Of a stretch of DNA of 64,000 nucleotides, positions 11,055 to 21,820 are shown piece by piece. The stretch covers positions 65,223 to 129,222 of the IMG/VR virus record IMGVR_UViG_3300042905_003904, one strand, 5' to 3'. The position numbers and the translations under genes were made by a program. Under the pieces are notes generated by a model. The model did no database searches. It saw only the letters and a list, made by a program, of their open reading frames with translations, and was not told where the DNA came from. The number at the start of each line of letters is the position of its first letter. Within the stretch, counting starts at the first letter, position 1. Source of the stretch: a virus.

Positions 11055-12884
11055 TTAAGAGGTATAACGAGTAGATGAAGAAGAGTCTCTCCAATAATTA
11101 GCACGGAAATCTGCAATAGGATCTCGCCCGCTTTGCATTGGCCCTGAATTACCCGAAGATGAATTGTCTGTGGAACTGATGTTATTAACTATATTGTTGC
11201 CAGAACCAGTTGTATTGTCATTAATAGAAGTTAGAATATCATACATTCTACCAAACATGGGAGATAACACTTTGCTGAACTGTTTCGACATATCTTCGAA
11301 GTCCATTTTGCCAAAGACCCTATCAGATTCTATATCATCTAGTTGTGGAGGGACTACCTTATAACCGTTTATGTTTATTTGAGCTTGTGGATTAACAGAA
11401 TGATCTTCAGGAAGTCGATCTTCTCCGCTTCCGCCCTGAATCGGAGGTTCGATGGGATTTATTCTATAGGTACGAGAGCGATCCGATGGAAATTCTTCTC
11501 TTGTTCCAGGAACCACACCCGGGTTCGGATTGCTAACTGGGGGTGTAGGTTTAGAAGCGTTTAGTTCATTCCGCGCAGCCATTAAAATTTCTTTCCGCTC
11601 ATCCCACGCGATAGCATCTTCTGTGTGACGTTTATGTTCATTCACACTAGTCCATTTATCCATGTCTTCATGAGCCTGTTGTGCAAGACGTCCAAAAAGG
11701 GCAATTTCTTCGTCTAAACTATTAAGGATTTTTTCTTTGGATTTTTCTATGGTAATAATTTTACCATCAGCGGTGGGCAACTCAGTTGGTTTTTTTATAG
11801 CTTCGTATCTTTTATCAGCCCATTCTTTATTTTCATCTAACACTTCTCCCTTCTCCATCCGCTCAAACCTTTCTTTCATCAGCTGTTCGGCGGATTTTAA
11901 ATCATCTTCCCATTCTTCAGCCTTCTCCATAGCCTTCATTATGGCTTCGTAACCAACATACACAATGCCACCAAGGCGTAATAGTTTTTTACCAGCAACG
12001 GCAGCAGCTAATAAAGCATCAGTAAGCGAAAACCCAGAATCTCCCGCCCCGGTTTGAGGAACATTTTCAGGAGAATTCTTGGGATTTTTGTGTGCAAACA
12101 ATTTAGCAGATTCTTCTCCGCGAATGATCAATTCCTTTAAATCCTTTAGGCTCTTCTCGGATAAAGTAACCTCAATAGCCTCTGCTTCTAAATTGGCTTG
12201 TTGTTTCTCTTTGACTGGTTTTTCTAAGAGATTATTAGCAGCCCCGATAGACCAACTATTATTGGCATTTAGGTCTGCTTGTTGTTTTTCTGCCGGAATG
12301 TTCTCTAAACTGGAATTTACTATAGGATTCTTCGCAACAGGAACGACGTCCTTCGCATTTTTACCTAAAGATACAGTATCTGCCTCACTTTGGACAGAAT
12401 CCTTTGGAATCTCGATGGTTGTATTCAGCCCATCCAACTGTTTATCGAAGACTGCTTTGGCCTTCTTTTGATACAATCCAGACAATTCCACCAAATTTAA
12501 AGGATCAGCCAATATTTTAGAAACAATTGGAGACGGAGCGGGATACTTTAAGGTTTTAAGATTCTGGTCTAAAACCTTAGCCACTTGCTGCTGATATTTT
12601 TGAAAATCTGAAGATTTAAGCGGATCCATCAGCTGATAAATCTGCGAATCTTTAGATTGGTGTCTTTTTTCTAGGTCTTGAAAGATATCCTCTAATTTAG
12701 AAAAACACGGTTCAATAACCCGATTTCTAAAGCCGGCTCGTAAATCCTCCAATAAATCTTGTTCTCCGGGCTTAGTGGGGGACAGTATCTTTAATAGGAA
12801 ATCAGAAGCATCCACATAATCTCCGATTTTAATCTCGTGGATTTTATGTAGTATTTCTTCTAAGATGACATTTTCGCCTTCCAT
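11055..12884 (-). CDS. putative tape-measure/hub (gp29-like) protein
   Basis: Helical 609-aa protein with N/S-rich C-terminus between chaperone and baseplate genes; inferred from position. Confidence 0.4.
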   Translation of the reverse strand: MEGENVILEEILHKIHEIKIGDYVDASDFLLKILSPTKPGEQDLLEDLRAGFRNRVIEPCFSKLEDIFQDLEKRHQSKDSQIYQLMDPLKSSDFQKYQQQVAKVLDQNLKTLKYPAPSPIVSKILADPLNLVELSGLYQKKAKAVFDKQLDGLNTTIEIPKDSVQSEADTVSLGKNAKDVVPVAKNPIVNSSLENIPAEKQQADLNANNSWSIGAANNLLEKPVKEKQQANLEAEAIEVTLSEKSLKDLKELIIRGEESAKLFAHKNPKNSPENVPQTGAGDSGFSLTDALLAAAVAGKKLLRLGGIVYVGYEAIMKAMEKAEEWEDDLKSAEQLMKERFERMEKGEVLDENKEWADKRYEAIKKPTELPTADGKIITIEKSKEKILNSLDEEIALFGRLAQQAHEDMDKWTSVNEHKRHTEDAIAWDERKEILMAARNELNASKPTPPVSNPNPGVVPGTREEFPSDRSRTYRINPIEPPIQGGSGEDRLPEDHSVNPQAQININGYKVVPPQLDDIESDRVFGKMDFEDMSKQFSKVLSPMFGRMYDILTSINDNTTGSGNNIVNNISSTDNSSSGNSGPMQSGRDPIADFRANYWRDSSSSTRYTS

Positions 12885-12915
12885 AAGTGCTTCTTTTACT
12901 TATGGCACCAGATCC

Positions 12916-13590
12916 TTAGGTCTTATTGAATAACCACGGACCAAAGTGACGAGGGAATATGGTCTTTAACGTTATCTGCCATTCTTTAATTTGGGCAAAT
13001 ATAGATTCAAACAAATTAGCGGGTAGAGATTGAATTAGCTGAACGGCCTTATCTAAAGAAATATCAGCCAAGTTAATAATACTGTCTTCCATAGTTATGA
13101 CAGATAGATATTTCGAAAACTCTAATAAGATTGATTTGGTTAAATGAATGTCTACCAATTTTACAATCTCCGGCTCACTAATGTCATTAATATTTTCAAA
13201 TAACCACCGCTCGACCTCCAAATACCTATTAATAGTGGGGATAGATATTTGTAACTTAATGTTTTTATATGTAAATGTTACTGGTTCGGGTATAACAATT
13301 TCAGCCAAGGTGGTCTCTGGAAAATAGATACTATTATAGTAAGACCATGCGATATACTCAAAGTCCCAAACAGTTAGAGTCGATAAATCAATACCACCAG
13401 CATTTTGTTTTATAACATCCAATACCACACTATAAAACGAGGGATCCAATAGGTCTTCTATTTTATGGGCAGATTTTTGGAGATGCAATAGTTGAGTGGT
13501 ATTGATAGAAGAGAAATATTCTATCTTCTGTAGAGACGGGATAAAAATCGGAATCTTTATTTCTTTGAATATGCTTTCTATGTCTATCAT
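12916..13590 (-). CDS. baseplate hub assembly protein (gp26/gp51-like)
   Basis: IFIPSL...DLSTLTVWDFEYI; resembles the adjacent gene. Confidence 0.5.
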   Translation of the reverse strand: MIDIESIFKEIKIPIFIPSLQKIEYFSSINTTQLLHLQKSAHKIEDLLDPSFYSVVLDVIKQNAGGIDLSTLTVWDFEYIAWSYYNSIYFPETTLAEIVIPEPVTFTYKNIKLQISIPTINRYLEVERWLFENINDISEPEIVKLVDIHLTKSILLEFSKYLSVITMEDSIINLADISLDKAVQLIQSLPANLFESIFAQIKEWQITLKTIFPRHFGPWLFNKT

Positions 13591-14516
13591 TGGTTAAATT
13601 CTTGGGCTAATTGTTGAACTTCGGCAGACTGACTATTAGTGTTCTTCTTAGGGAAGAAGTTTAAATACATCCGCCGCTCTTGGCTGGAGAGATTTAAGAT
13701 ATACTCTGCATCTAATTGTCCAGACAACACAAAGATTTCTTGGTGTATCTCTGCCAAATCAAACAAAAACGGCAATTTGAATACTTGTAAAATAGAAGAG
13801 TCAAATAAATCTAAGTGCCATTGATTGAAATTTTTAAGCTGAAACAAGTCAATATTCTTCAAGAGGTCTATATTACTCAGTAATTGCTTTACCAAGCGGT
13901 GTTGGATTGGGGCCGGAATCTTATTAACATCAAAGGGGATTCCAGAATCGGCAGACCATGTTATTATATTTTCGGCCTGATTGACAATAATTTCTCTAAT
14001 GAATAGGGGGAGAATGCTGTTAGAAATTTCTTGTGGATTGGACGAAGAATTTAATATAGTCAATAACTGGGGTAACTGTTTCCAGGTTAACCATCCTAAT
14101 TTTATATTGATGCTGGTGTTTTCATTGGCAACATAAGTCAATCCCCAATGAGATTCGTTTAACTCATTTAATCCCAAAAACACATTTTTAAGAAACAAAT
14201 CACAATCCAATTCTATAATCGTTTGTTTGTCTTCTCGTATGGCCTGCAATTTACAGATAGGCCCCATGGAAATTGAACGAATCTTCAATCCCAATAAGAG
14301 AACCTCTATTACAGATAAGTCCTGAATAGAAACATTGAGGGTGCTTCTTTGCAGTAATTCGGCAAAAGTGTTTATAAAATATAAGTCCCCATCCAATCCT
14401 TCTGGAGATACTAACATGGATTTAGCTAAAAATAGTTGGTCCTTGGTAGAAATTTCCTTAAAAGAAACGGCTTTCTTAGAAAACGGCAATTCTACTGAAT
14501 ATAAAAAATCAGACAT
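13587..14516 (-). CDS. baseplate hub assembly protein (gp26/gp51-like)
   Basis: YSVELPFSKKAVSFKEI...LSVIEVLLLGLKIRSISMG...YILNLSSQERRMYL. Confidence 0.7.
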   Translation of the reverse strand: MSDFLYSVELPFSKKAVSFKEISTKDQLFLAKSMLVSPEGLDGDLYFINTFAELLQRSTLNVSIQDLSVIEVLLLGLKIRSISMGPICKLQAIREDKQTIIELDCDLFLKNVFLGLNELNESHWGLTYVANENTSINIKLGWLTWKQLPQLLTILNSSSNPQEISNSILPLFIREIIVNQAENIITWSADSGIPFDVNKIPAPIQHRLVKQLLSNIDLLKNIDLFQLKNFNQWHLDLFDSSILQVFKLPFLFDLAEIHQEIFVLSGQLDAEYILNLSSQERRMYLNFFPKKNTNSQSAEVQQLAQEFNQ

Positions 14517-14552
14517 GATTTATATTACCACTAATTTAAAATTAATCCCTTA

Positions 14553-15344
14553 TTATCTATCCTTTACAGCAAAAAATGATGATTCCGGAATAACCTTACT
14601 TGATGCGGGAGCAACAGACGGTGCGGGCCCACCAGTTGCGGACCCACCAGTCGCAGAACCTCCAACATAATTACCAGCCCGTTCTGAACTAATAAAGTAA
14701 TGATCATAAACGAATTCTACTTTGGTATATTTTATGCCTTCTTGTTCATAAGAATTCACAAAATTACCCACAGAAACCGGAGCAGCATTGATAAAGTTGA
14801 TAGATTTCCGAACTTCAAATTGTTTACCTTCGCCCACCTTAGCTAATAGATAAATTTTAATTAGAGGACACCTGATGTTTTTATTAGAGCCAGAAGCACG
14901 AGCTATTAGTCCATGTTGTCCCACCAGAATCGTCCACGGTCGTAACACAAAATCTACAAAAGAAGCATTAGTCTCTAATACCGTAATGGAGAATTTATTA
15001 TATACTTCCCGCCCAGAAGTCGTCGGAGGCGCCATAATACCAGCGGCATTTAAGCTTTCATAACCCACACTAATAGATTCGCCCGGATAATCTACTTCTC
15101 GGGCGAAAATACATCCAATCAATTCCTGTGGATTATCCTGAAACTGTGGAGTCATTAGATGGCTAGACACAGACGGATCGATGGCCCATTTTGGTTCTAG
15201 TTTATTGAGATTGGATTTTAATACAGCCCCCTTCAAGGCTGGAACACTATTAATATCCAGAATAACAAACCACTGACTAGCGAATGCTAAACCAGAAGGC
15301 CAAGTGCCTAACTTATCGAGGAAATATAAAAGTGGGTCCGCCAT
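14553..15344 (-). CDS. tail tube-like protein (gp54-like)
   Basis: AREVDYPGESI...FSITVLET...FINAAPVSVG...VEFVYDH tube fold; start MADPLL chosen. Confidence 0.65.
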   Translation of the reverse strand: MADPLLYFLDKLGTWPSGLAFASQWFVILDINSVPALKGAVLKSNLNKLEPKWAIDPSVSSHLMTPQFQDNPQELIGCIFAREVDYPGESISVGYESLNAAGIMAPPTTSGREVYNKFSITVLETNASFVDFVLRPWTILVGQHGLIARASGSNKNIRCPLIKIYLLAKVGEGKQFEVRKSINFINAAPVSVGNFVNSYEQEGIKYTKVEFVYDHYFISSERAGNYVGGSATGGSATGGPAPSVAPASSKVIPESSFFAVKDR

Positions 15345-15367
15345 ACCCTTACTTAGGCGAGCAACAA

Positions 15368-15907
15368 TTAAACGTTGCCGTCTCTCCAGAATTGATAGGC
15401 GATAGTAGCTTCCTGTTCCACTATTTCGCCCTTGGATGCAACGGTTACACTCACATTTCCGATGGTCTTTAACCAAGAACCGAAAAGGGTCATGAACTTA
15501 ACAACGCCGCCCTGTTTATCTAAAAGAGCCAAGATGATTTTATTAGCTGCAGATGCATTGGGGATCTGATAATTTCCAGAAGAAGAAGCATCATCAAAAA
15601 TTTGCAAAGAAGATATTTCTAGGAGATTGCGTAAATTATAGATGGAGTCCATGCGGAACTTGACTGACCAGGATTCTGATCCGGGATACGAAACGTTTCC
15701 GGGAACGTTAAACGATAGTCCCATAAAAGGAACTACTACATTATTAATATCCTTTCCGGGCATGATAGTAGATTCCAGATAGATTAAGTTATCTGGAGCC
15801 AGATTTCCTAGCTGGATTACCCGGAACAAATTAGTTCGAGCAAAGTCCAGCCGGGAAGCTGTATCATAAAAGTTCGCGATTCCGTATTGGTCAAGAAGTC
15901 CTGGCAT
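15368..15907 (-). CDS. tail tube protein (gp19-like)
   Basis: ARTNLFRV...MPGK...VPFMG...PG...WSVKF...IAYQFW; directly after the sheath gene. Confidence 0.85.
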   Translation of the reverse strand: MPGLLDQYGIANFYDTASRLDFARTNLFRVIQLGNLAPDNLIYLESTIMPGKDINNVVVPFMGLSFNVPGNVSYPGSESWSVKFRMDSIYNLRNLLEISSLQIFDDASSSGNYQIPNASAANKIILALLDKQGGVVKFMTLFGSWLKTIGNVSVTVASKGEIVEQEATIAYQFWRDGNV

Positions 15908-15925
15908 AAGTGTTAATATTTAGGG

Positions 15926-18193
15926 TTAGGCAGTGAATTCAGCGAGATTTACTCCAGTGGGTTCAGCAATGAAATTAGCCAAGATGAATTCGGCTGTGCG
16001 GGTAGGTTGCACATAGATAGAAACAATTAACTGATTCTGATCAATGACAGAAGCCGTATTGTTATTTTCATTGCAAACGATTTTGTAATCATACATACCA
16101 CCATTAGTCACTGCCTGGTCATAAATCGGAGACAGGGAGGCTACGACGCGAGCCCTGGTGCTGATGTTATTAGGTTCGAATACAAAGAATTTAAGCACCG
16201 ATTGGGTGGATTTTTCTAAGTATAAGAACAGGCGACGGACATTGATACGATCAAATGCGCTTGGAGTAGTAAGAGCGGTTTTTTGACCCCAGATTACATA
16301 TCCACCAGAATTTGGGAATGCACAAATTGGATTGATACCAATACGATACAACAGATCCCGTTGTTTCTGGATAGGATTGACTGCAAGATCAGAAACCCCA
16401 TTAATAACCCCATAGTTCAGACCAGCAGGGGCTGTCCATGGGAAATGGGCCTGATTTACATCAGCCATGATTTGAGCGGCATATCCACTGAACGGCAACC
16501 AAACATTCTGTCCGGAGTAAACGTCATTACGCTTCACCCAGTTACCATATAGAGCCACATAACTGGTGAAGATATTACCCCAGAGGTTGGAAAGTCCCCA
16601 GAAAATATCTCTAGAAAACACGAATCCTGGTGTAGTGGACTGTTTAGTGTTAGCTCCATTCACGAAAATATAACGCAAGGCATCCGGAATAAACATGTGA
16701 TCCAACCGGGAAGTAGCTACGGTGATAAACTGATCTGCAATAGCACTATAATTTACTTTGGTATTGGAGGAAGAACCTGTGGTCTGATTCAGCAAGTCTG
16801 AAATGTCTGGCGCAAAGGAATCATCAAAAGCGCTAACATATCCGGATTGGGTGCCACTAAGAGCAGCGGCTCGAGCTACTGTTCCAGCCCAAACGGTGCC
16901 CAATCCTGCTTCCAGGGTAAGGTCCAACTGGTTGGTATCAAGATTCTGTAGTAATGCCAAAGAATTGGAAACTTTCAGCGGGAGATTGCCGATATCTTGA
17001 GTGGAATTGTTGTTTACGGTATAAACTCCATCCGCATAAAGGTTCTTTGCGGCGGGTGAAACCCGGATAGAGAAATTCGGCGTATCTCCAGAGAACCAAT
17101 TAGTTAAGGATGAAATATTTGGATTAACTTTAACAGATATATCTCTGGAGTTATCATTCACCACATGTTCTAAGTCAAATGGTTTAGATCCACCAGTCTG
17201 ACTTAGAATGGTGCGAGATCCATACAAGGAACCAGCATAAGACTCTGTATTCACATAATCCAGCAACAGACTGTTGTTGGTGTAAATGGAATTGCGAATC
17301 TTGAAGGCCACCAAGCTTAAACAATCATTATAAGACGATGAGGCGAAATTAATGTCAGCAGGAACGCTTTCAACGACCTGCGAAATGCTCTCATTACCCT
17401 GATCTAAATAGGTAGCAGTAAGCGCAAAATCTAACCGGGACGATGGGATAGAAGCAAACACTTGAGTATTTCCGCTAAAACCAGTTATGGTTTTTACTCC
17501 TGTGATATTGTCGAAATTGGTCGACGGGTTGTTGTTAGAATTATCCGCAAATCCAATATAATACCCTTGGTAGAAATTATCTACAGAATATTTATTGTTA
17601 TTCAACACTAATAATCCGGCTTTGTTTAAGTCATTAAATCCAGTAATGCTAGTAGTATAGTTACTATTGGTAGCAGTGGTTTGGTAGAAGTTATTAAATC
17701 CAGTCACCCCGTTGGTGATTAAGGTTTGGTACTGAGCATCTGTCAATACCACACTGGTTGGTGGTAATAATAGAAACGCAGAGGCATTCTGATAAAGAAC
17801 ACCAGAAACCCCAGTGACGCTTGTGGTTCCATTAATAGCCGTTACGGCTGTTACACTACCATTAGCAGAAATGGGATAGGCCAAGACGCTGTAATTATTA
17901 GAATAACCAGTTCCAGCGGCTGGGCCATACGGAAGACGGGAAACTATTAAGTTTCCGTCGCTATTTAAGATGTTCTGCGACGTATAGTAAAAATACCGCT
18001 CGGCGGCGTTGGTTGGACTACCGAAGATGGATTGAAACTCTGCAACAGAACCGACATTAATCAGTTCTTCTGTGGGTCCTTGTGGCGCGAATCCGGCAAC
18101 AAATATATTTAAAGCTCCGGGGGTCTTAGCCACGGCGCTTCGGTCAGTTTCAGAAATTTGTACGCCAGGAGACGCTAAAGTTATGGTGGACAT
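15926..18193 (-). CDS. tail sheath protein (gp18-like)
   Basis: LASPGVQISETD, PWTAPAGLNYG, WGQKT...SAFDRINVRRLF, FVFEPN, PTRTAEFI. Confidence 0.95.
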   Translation of the reverse strand: MSTITLASPGVQISETDRSAVAKTPGALNIFVAGFAPQGPTEELINVGSVAEFQSIFGSPTNAAERYFYYTSQNILNSDGNLIVSRLPYGPAAGTGYSNNYSVLAYPISANGSVTAVTAINGTTSVTGVSGVLYQNASAFLLLPPTSVVLTDAQYQTLITNGVTGFNNFYQTTATNSNYTTSITGFNDLNKAGLLVLNNNKYSVDNFYQGYYIGFADNSNNNPSTNFDNITGVKTITGFSGNTQVFASIPSSRLDFALTATYLDQGNESISQVVESVPADINFASSSYNDCLSLVAFKIRNSIYTNNSLLLDYVNTESYAGSLYGSRTILSQTGGSKPFDLEHVVNDNSRDISVKVNPNISSLTNWFSGDTPNFSIRVSPAAKNLYADGVYTVNNNSTQDIGNLPLKVSNSLALLQNLDTNQLDLTLEAGLGTVWAGTVARAAALSGTQSGYVSAFDDSFAPDISDLLNQTTGSSSNTKVNYSAIADQFITVATSRLDHMFIPDALRYIFVNGANTKQSTTPGFVFSRDIFWGLSNLWGNIFTSYVALYGNWVKRNDVYSGQNVWLPFSGYAAQIMADVNQAHFPWTAPAGLNYGVINGVSDLAVNPIQKQRDLLYRIGINPICAFPNSGGYVIWGQKTALTTPSAFDRINVRRLFLYLEKSTQSVLKFFVFEPNNISTRARVVASLSPIYDQAVTNGGMYDYKIVCNENNNTASVIDQNQLIVSIYVQPTRTAEFILANFIAEPTGVNLAEFTA

Positions 18194-18204
18194 AGTTGTA
18201 CTAA

Positions 18205-18212
18205 TATTTATA
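18205..18212 (-). promoter_or_regulatory. T4-type late promoter TATAAATA for the sheath operon
   Basis: Exact TATAAATA 11 nt upstream of the sheath ATG. Confidence 0.7.
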
Positions 18213-18259
18213 GTTGCCAAGGGTCAACATAGTTAAAAATGGAATTAAGACCTTGGCAG

Positions 18260-18267
18260 TATAAATA
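18260..18267 (+). promoter_or_regulatory. T4-type late promoter TATAAATA (divergent)
   Basis: Exact TATAAATA 8 nt upstream of ATG 18276. Confidence 0.65.
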
Positions 18268-18275
18268 TAGACACT

Positions 18276-18566
18276 ATGCATCAATTCGATAACTACTGCG
18301 AGAGTGTAATTTTAGAATTAGATTCTACGATGGCTCCTCCAGTTAGCGGACAGCAAGTAACTCCTACGGCCAACCCAGCGCCAGTGGACCCGTCTTTAAC
18401 CCCAGCAACTCCGAATGTTGCTAATATGAATATTAATGATCCTAACCACCCGGTTCAGGCCTTCGCAAAGACTTTAACAACGCTTCCCCCAGAAAAACAA
18501 CAAGAATACTTGCAAAAATTGGGAGCTATGTTAAAAATTGGTAACACCAGCACTGCAACGCGTTAA
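18276..18566 (+). CDS. hypothetical Pro/Thr-rich protein
   Basis: 96-aa ORF behind a late promoter. Confidence 0.6.
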   Translation: MHQFDNYCESVILELDSTMAPPVSGQQVTPTANPAPVDPSLTPATPNVANMNINDPNHPVQAFAKTLTTLPPEKQQEYLQKLGAMLKIGNTSTATR

Positions 18567-18577
18567 TATAACACATC

Positions 18578-19402
18578 GTGGGAAAACAAAAAGGCCAGAA
18601 AACCAAGGTTCCTCATAAACAAGGAAGTAACATCAATAATGAACAGGGAAGTGGTGGCGACGCGTCTCCATATGTATTCCAACGGGATAAGATAGACTTT
18701 GATCTTCCTGTAAGAGAACTACCGTGGACATTGAAGCAGAAGGGATTTATCTCTCAAATTATGGATAAACAGACCAAATGTGTGTTTATCGAAGGGCCTG
18801 CAGGGGCCTCGAAAACTAGTTTGGCTGTATACTGTGGGCTGCAATTATTAAAGGCACGGAAAGTATCTGATTTGTTTTTTGTCCGTTCTGCAGTAGAGTC
18901 AGCCGATAGTAAAATAGGATATCTGCCGGGCGATGTCGATGAAAAATTCGGCGTTTATATGGCTCCATTCCTGGATAAACTACAAGAGTTTCTGGATGCC
19001 GGAAGCATCAAAAGATTGCAGGCAGATGAAAGGTTTCATGCGATGCCCGTCAATTATGTCCGCGGATTACACTGGGCAGCAAAGTGTATTATAGTAGATG
19101 AATGTCAATCTTTGACCAAAAGGGAATTGATTACCATTATTACTAGGTTGGGAGAATTTTCCAAAATTATATTCTTAGGAGACCCATTTCAATCCGATCT
19201 TCCTGAAAATAAATCAGGCGGCTTCGTTCAAATTGCGCGGTTGTTTAGCGACGAAGAAAGTCTCCAACACGGAATTTGCCATCTGAAATTTACGGTCGAT
19301 GATATTGTTCGATCTGAATTTGTTAAATTCGTCACCAAAAAACTAGAAGCAGAACACAAAGAAGGAACTTGGAGTCCTTCTCCCAACGGAAGCCATAAAT
19401 AA
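18578..19402 (+). CDS. phoH: PhoH-like ATPase
   Basis: GPAGASKT, IGYLPGD, YVRG, IVDECQ, ITRLGE, GDPFQSDL, DIVRS. Confidence 0.93.
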   Translation: MGKQKGQKTKVPHKQGSNINNEQGSGGDASPYVFQRDKIDFDLPVRELPWTLKQKGFISQIMDKQTKCVFIEGPAGASKTSLAVYCGLQLLKARKVSDLFFVRSAVESADSKIGYLPGDVDEKFGVYMAPFLDKLQEFLDAGSIKRLQADERFHAMPVNYVRGLHWAAKCIIVDECQSLTKRELITIITRLGEFSKIIFLGDPFQSDLPENKSGGFVQIARLFSDEESLQHGICHLKFTVDDIVRSEFVKFVTKKLEAEHKEGTWSPSPNGSHK

Positions 19403-19406
19403 CTAT

Positions 19407-19586
19407 ATGAAAAACACATCTTCTTATACGCAAGTTACTAATCGTCCTATTGGTTGTTCCTTTTGCGATGCCCAAATTCAAGGCCGAGTAACCCCTAAAA
19501 AGGACGGTTCAGGAAAGGTGTATAATGAATGTCGTTGGGTCTGCTCTCGTTGTTCTAATTTAGTTAAAGTGGGCGTTGTTAAATAA
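19407..19586 (+). CDS. small Zn-ribbon protein (59 aa, below the track cutoff)
   Basis: MKNTSS...GCSFCD...WVCSRCS; two CxxC motifs. Confidence 0.6.
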   Translation: MKNTSSYTQVTNRPIGCSFCDAQIQGRVTPKKDGSGKVYNECRWVCSRCSNLVKVGVVK

Positions 19587-20040
19587 TATGCACGATGCAG
19601 ATTTAGTGGAAATTATTTCTGAAACAACGTATTCAGGAACGTCCGAAGCCCCTCGAAAGGACTTTGTTCCGCTTTCTTCTAAAAACGATTACAGCGCCCA
19701 ATATCAGAGTGGCGGAGCTGTTTGGCCGCCAATAGACAAGCCAGTCGTTGGGCAAGGATCTCTTCCGTGGCCCTTGCAACTAGCCCCTATAGATTTGGGG
19801 GATAGTTATGTATATTTGTTCGCTGCTCTTAATAAGATTAAAACGGCTGTTTTGGAGAACAGAGCCATGACCGCAGACCAAATCGTCTGTCTCAAGAAGA
19901 TATATACTCATGGGAAGAAGGCTCTGAAAATTATTAAAGAGGTTGGGTTGGTGTTTGAGACGGTAGCAAATATGGGGGTTAATGTCAAAGAACCCAAACA
20001 ACACGGGCCGAAAATCGTTCCACCTGGTTCGTTGTTTTAA
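19576..20040 (+). CDS. hypothetical protein
   Basis: ORF in a co-oriented run. Confidence 0.55.
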   Translation: MLNNMHDADLVEIISETTYSGTSEAPRKDFVPLSSKNDYSAQYQSGGAVWPPIDKPVVGQGSLPWPLQLAPIDLGDSYVYLFAALNKIKTAVLENRAMTADQIVCLKKIYTHGKKALKIIKEVGLVFETVANMGVNVKEPKQHGPKIVPPGSLF

Positions 20041-20084
20041 ACAATTTAATTGATATTCCCTATTAAAATAATTAATATGGGAAC

Positions 20085-20510
20085 ATGAAATTAAATATTC
20101 AACAAACAACAGTTCGCGTCATTTTCTTCGGAGGTCTACCCGTTTTAGTGGGGTTGGCCGGATACGTAAGCAAAATTGGATTCTTAGCTCCATATTTAGT
20201 GTGTCTCTTTTTGGAATTGATCGGTTTATATTTTCTAGGAGCGGTGTATAGAACCAGGGTGCTAGAGAGAATCAAATTCGCCGAACTAGATAAAATTGGT
20301 AATTTATCTTCCATTTTATCATGTGCTGCTTGCAATGCCTCTAATATAATCACATTCATCCCAGACAATCAAGAACGGGTAGAATTCGAATGCGAAAAAT
20401 GCCACAAGTCAAACGTAGTGACTATCCAATTTTCCGTCGCTGTAATGACTTCTCCTATGGATAGCCTTTCGGCACCAGCAATTAATACTACTTCTGGAGA
20501 CATTATTTAA
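20085..20510 (+). CDS. membrane protein with Zn-ribbon
   Basis: Two hydrophobic segments, then CAAC...CEKC. Confidence 0.6.
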   Translation: MKLNIQQTTVRVIFFGGLPVLVGLAGYVSKIGFLAPYLVCLFLELIGLYFLGAVYRTRVLERIKFAELDKIGNLSSILSCAACNASNIITFIPDNQERVEFECEKCHKSNVVTIQFSVAVMTSPMDSLSAPAINTTSGDII

Positions 20511-20512
20511 AT

Positions 20513-20833
20513 ATGAAAACACACGTAAGAAATAGCCCCGCACAACCAACACTAAACCAGACCCTGAATTGGTGGGAAAATACCAGCCAAAAAGCATCAG
20601 AATTGGCTCGCTGGATTCTACTATATGAAGCTGTGAATCTCATTGCCGACAAAGCAGAAGAAAGGCGCATCCCACTAGATAAGGTTGAATTTAAGCCGCT
20701 GTCTATTCTCCACTATATTGAAACCTCGGAGAATCAAATGACCAGAAAGGTTCTTGCTCAAGAACATAATATTGATATTACCCCCAACGACACTACGTAT
20801 GAAAACCGAAATCGCACGGAAGAAGCTTTGTAA
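20513..20833 (+). CDS. hypothetical protein
   Basis: 106-aa ORF in a co-oriented run. Confidence 0.55.
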   Translation: MKTHVRNSPAQPTLNQTLNWWENTSQKASELARWILLYEAVNLIADKAEERRIPLDKVEFKPLSILHYIETSENQMTRKVLAQEHNIDITPNDTTYENRNRTEEAL

Positions 20834-21089
20834 AATTCCAGAAAAGGTCTTAGCGGATATCAATGAAAATTGGGATCATAATTGGGATATTGTCGGTGTC
20901 GTTTTACGAGATAATGACACGGCTAATGTGGTCATTGTTTCTCATGAAACCCTGTCTGAAAATAGCAAGGTGCAAACAAGGCATCTGATTGTTCCTGAAT
21001 TTGATGAATTAATGGAACCTACCAAACCGTGCATGCAGCTGAATATCCAGCAAGCGGTTATGGCTGGGCGTAATAATCCAACCCACTAG
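20754..21089 (+). CDS. hypothetical protein (true start probably MKTEIARK)
   Basis: ORF overlapping the previous stop. Confidence 0.45.
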   Translation: MLKNIILILPPTTLRMKTEIARKKLCKIPEKVLADINENWDHNWDIVGVVLRDNDTANVVIVSHETLSENSKVQTRHLIVPEFDELMEPTKPCMQLNIQQAVMAGRNNPTH

Positions 21090-21816
21090 GTTCTAGAAAC
21101 AAGTCTCCGTCACTATCAACATAAGCATCTGTGGGTGCTGGTGGTAATGGAGCAGGGGCCATACCATAATCCCCGTATACCGAAGTAGAAATACATGGTA
21201 TATCATTGTAATCAAAATTAGCCTGTGCTAGAGCGCTTAGGATGTCGTTATCGTTTAGAGGAGTATTTCCAACACCAGGACCAGGGGAACCGGGCTCATT
21301 GCTGTAATCTGATCGTTTTCCTTTGAAGAACCAAACATAGTGTCCTCCTAGGGGATTATTAACGAATTCGTCAATGACTTCGGTTAATTCAAAAATAACA
21401 CCTTGTCGCTTTGGAAAATTAAGCCGATCAGAACCATATTCTTGAAGCCATATTACGTCTCCAGCTTTAGGTTCTGCTGAAAGTATCCCAGTAACGGTGC
21501 TCAATGCTTGATTGAACATCAGCGGGTGGATGACTCCATTGATATCCGAGTCAGCTATAATACCAAACTTGGATAACAGATAGGAATCATTATTAAGGTT
21601 TAGGAGAACTATTAAATTCTGTCCGGATAGGAACCCCGCCATTGGTTGTTCTCCGTAAAGGGGATTGGAACCAGAGATAGAGGTTTGATTGGAATAGAAT
21701 ACGATTTGTTGGCCATAAATCCCAATCTGCTCCTGCCACCAACCATCAAAATTGGCCCGTTCTTCAGTATTAACTGATTTATTTAAGAAACGAAGATCTT
21801 CTACGAAATATGGCAT
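21058..21816 (-). CDS. neck / head-completion protein (gp14-like)
   Basis: EQIGIYGQ...LYGEQP...LLSKFGI...PKAGDVIW...IFELTEV. Confidence 0.75.
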   Translation of the reverse strand: MPYFVEDLRFLNKSVNTEERANFDGWWQEQIGIYGQQIVFYSNQTSISGSNPLYGEQPMAGFLSGQNLIVLLNLNNDSYLLSKFGIIADSDINGVIHPLMFNQALSTVTGILSAEPKAGDVIWLQEYGSDRLNFPKRQGVIFELTEVIDEFVNNPLGGHYVWFFKGKRSDYSNEPGSPGPGVGNTPLNDNDILSALAQANFDYNDIPCISTSVYGDYGMAPAPLPPAPTDAYVDSDGDLFLEPSGLDYYAQP

Positions 21817-21820
21817 ATGT

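Noticed and set aside
1177-17000. Plus-strand short ORFs opposite structural genes (1177, 1637, 3682, 7945, 8468, 11164-12471, 13639, 14335, 16283, 16803)
   Set aside because: Antisense shadows of long conserved minus-strand genes
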